Assembly: GCA_051942245.1 (NCBI GenBank)
Contig: JAVECL010000051.1
Location: forward strand, 1 to 64,000
Direction of reading: 5' to 3'
Source of the DNA: Trypethelium eluteriae
Taxonomy: Eukaryota
DNA: 64,000 nucleotides
Below are positions 62,573 through 64,000 of this stretch, in pieces. A program made the translations under genes and the position numbers. Each line of letters starts with the position of its first letter. The stretch's first letter is position 1. Below the pieces are notes generated by a model, which saw only the letters and a program-made list of their open reading frames with translations, was not told where the DNA came from and ran no database searches.

Positions 62573-64000
62573 ACCATAGCATTTCGTGTGCATTTGCAAT
62601 TGACTTGATCAAAACTCTATTTAACCTACAATTTTCAATCCTACACGATCTTAGCTCGTTATGCGATGATATATTGGTACTAAGTCTCTTCCATAATTTC
62701 GCTTCCTGTAGCTCACGAGAATGCTTTCTATTGACAATGCTAAACTAATATGTTTGCTATGTTGTGGTTAGCTCCGAGGCGGCATTTAAGGGACACCGAT
62801 CTCTCTTGGTTGGATCCCACTTCGGCAACCATCCCTGGCATTCCATACTTGGATTTGAACCTACGTTGAAAGAATGAGTCGATTTCTGTGGAGTAATTCC
62901 TACAAATTTATGCGGGGCTTAGTACGCCAAGATGGAATTTAGTTAAGTGGAGTGAGTGATTGGCCTCGCAAAGGATATACGGGTCAATGAAAATGGTATT
63001 TTATACTCTGCCGAATCAATAGGTCCAAGAAGGTTCTTAAAAATAGCGATATAACGCCGGGATGGTAGGATGGAGTTTTTACAGTTACTGCCTCGTCCTC
63101 TAGGCATGAGCTATACAATCGAGAAATACCACAAAATTGACCATACAACTTAAATCTAACATCCCATAAGAAATGGCTGTTCAGCGCGATCTTGGCAGTA
63201 TGTAAAGTATGACCATTTAACGTAGACTGATGGTTTAGAAAAATAACGAAGTGAGGCGGACTACACAACAGTTCGCGAAGTCTTCGACCCTAGCTTCCTC
63301 TCATCGCTACCTAACTAGGTAGCTTAGATACGCACTAAATCGCTTTTAGCGATCTCTCAACATCCTACAACACCTAGTGCAACTTGTGAGCACGCTTTCT
63401 TCACTAGCTTTAGTGGCTTTCAGCTTTCTGACCTCGCACCTGAAGGGAACATTATCTTGAAAGGTTTCGGCTTCTTTACATCTCTTTCAAAACCTTCCAA
63501 GGTTGGCGTATCTCAACACCACGTGACATTGAATGGTGGCAGTGTACCTCGCAATCCAGGAGCGGATACTCCGTACAAGGCTGTGTCGCCAGAGTGTTAC
63601 CGGGCGCGGTTGCCTGTTCAGCTGAATTTAGAGCACTTGAATTACAACTTTCGCATCGTAAGTATACTGTACGATTCAAGAGCGAATTACCAACGCTGCG
63701 AGCTGATGAGAAGTGGCAAAAGAACGTTGATCAGGCCCAGGATCCAGGCGTTCAGGGTCCTCATAGGGGCTCGTGGGACCGAGATTGCCGGAAACGCGAG
63801 ATTTGCACATTTCCGCCGGTGACGTCCAACTTCACCTCACCCTCTCACCATCTCATCCGCTCCTGCCGCTCCTTTCGTTCATCACCTTTCCCTCACGCTC
63901 CTTACCTACAAATCGTCGCGATTCTTCTTACTGGCCCTCTATCAGAACTGTGTACTGTCCAGAAGCTTGGCTTGCGTTCACGAGAACTGGACAGGCTGGA

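Noticed and set aside
62761..62831. tRNA-like fragment (CCGAGGCGG..TAAGG; GGTTGGATCCC..GCAACCA)
   Set aside because: No proper anticodon arm, mismatched acceptor stem and non-canonical T loop; not callable as a tRNA.
63457..63822. 121-aa ORF at the end of the window
   Set aside because: Non-ATG start and no motifs; followed by a CT-rich tract that looks like the leader of a gene beyond the window.

Overview
Eukaryotic, intron-containing DNA from a filamentous ascomycete (GT..AG introns with CTRAC/CTAAT branch sites, Zn2Cys6 transcription factors, AA9 LPMO); the species cannot be determined from the sequence. The window has three parts. (1) About 1-8 kb: conserved housekeeping genes (ATP12, OSH1/SWH1-type oxysterol-binding protein, TCTP, a small membrane protein). 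(2) About 8.7-35 kb: an accessory block rich in non-self-recognition/cell-death-type genes: a HeLo-like/SesA N-terminal plus ubiquitin-like protein, a decayed gene, a caspase-like protease divergent from a DUF6594-type membrane protein, a NACHT-TPR-zinc-finger NLR, a secreted S41 peptidase, and a tail-to-tail pair of a PNP_UDP effector and a NACHT-ankyrin NLR. Small Tc1/mariner-like MITEs and an AT-rich relic are interspersed. (3) About 37-63 kb: metabolic and plant-wall genes (phenol-2-monooxygenase-like FAD enzyme, two Zn2Cys6 TFs, GH11 xylanase divergent from an AA9 LPMO, O-methyltransferase, secreted glyoxalase/VOC protein). The strongest signal is a shared motif GTF[IV]QGGV[QN]A-x2-3-DVNF at the N-terminus of the NACHT-ANK NLR and at the C-terminus of the adjacent PNP_UDP effector. 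This is the layout of a fungal NLR amyloid-signalling module, and I cannot assign the motif by eye to a described family. Domain calls are from motif recognition, not database searches.
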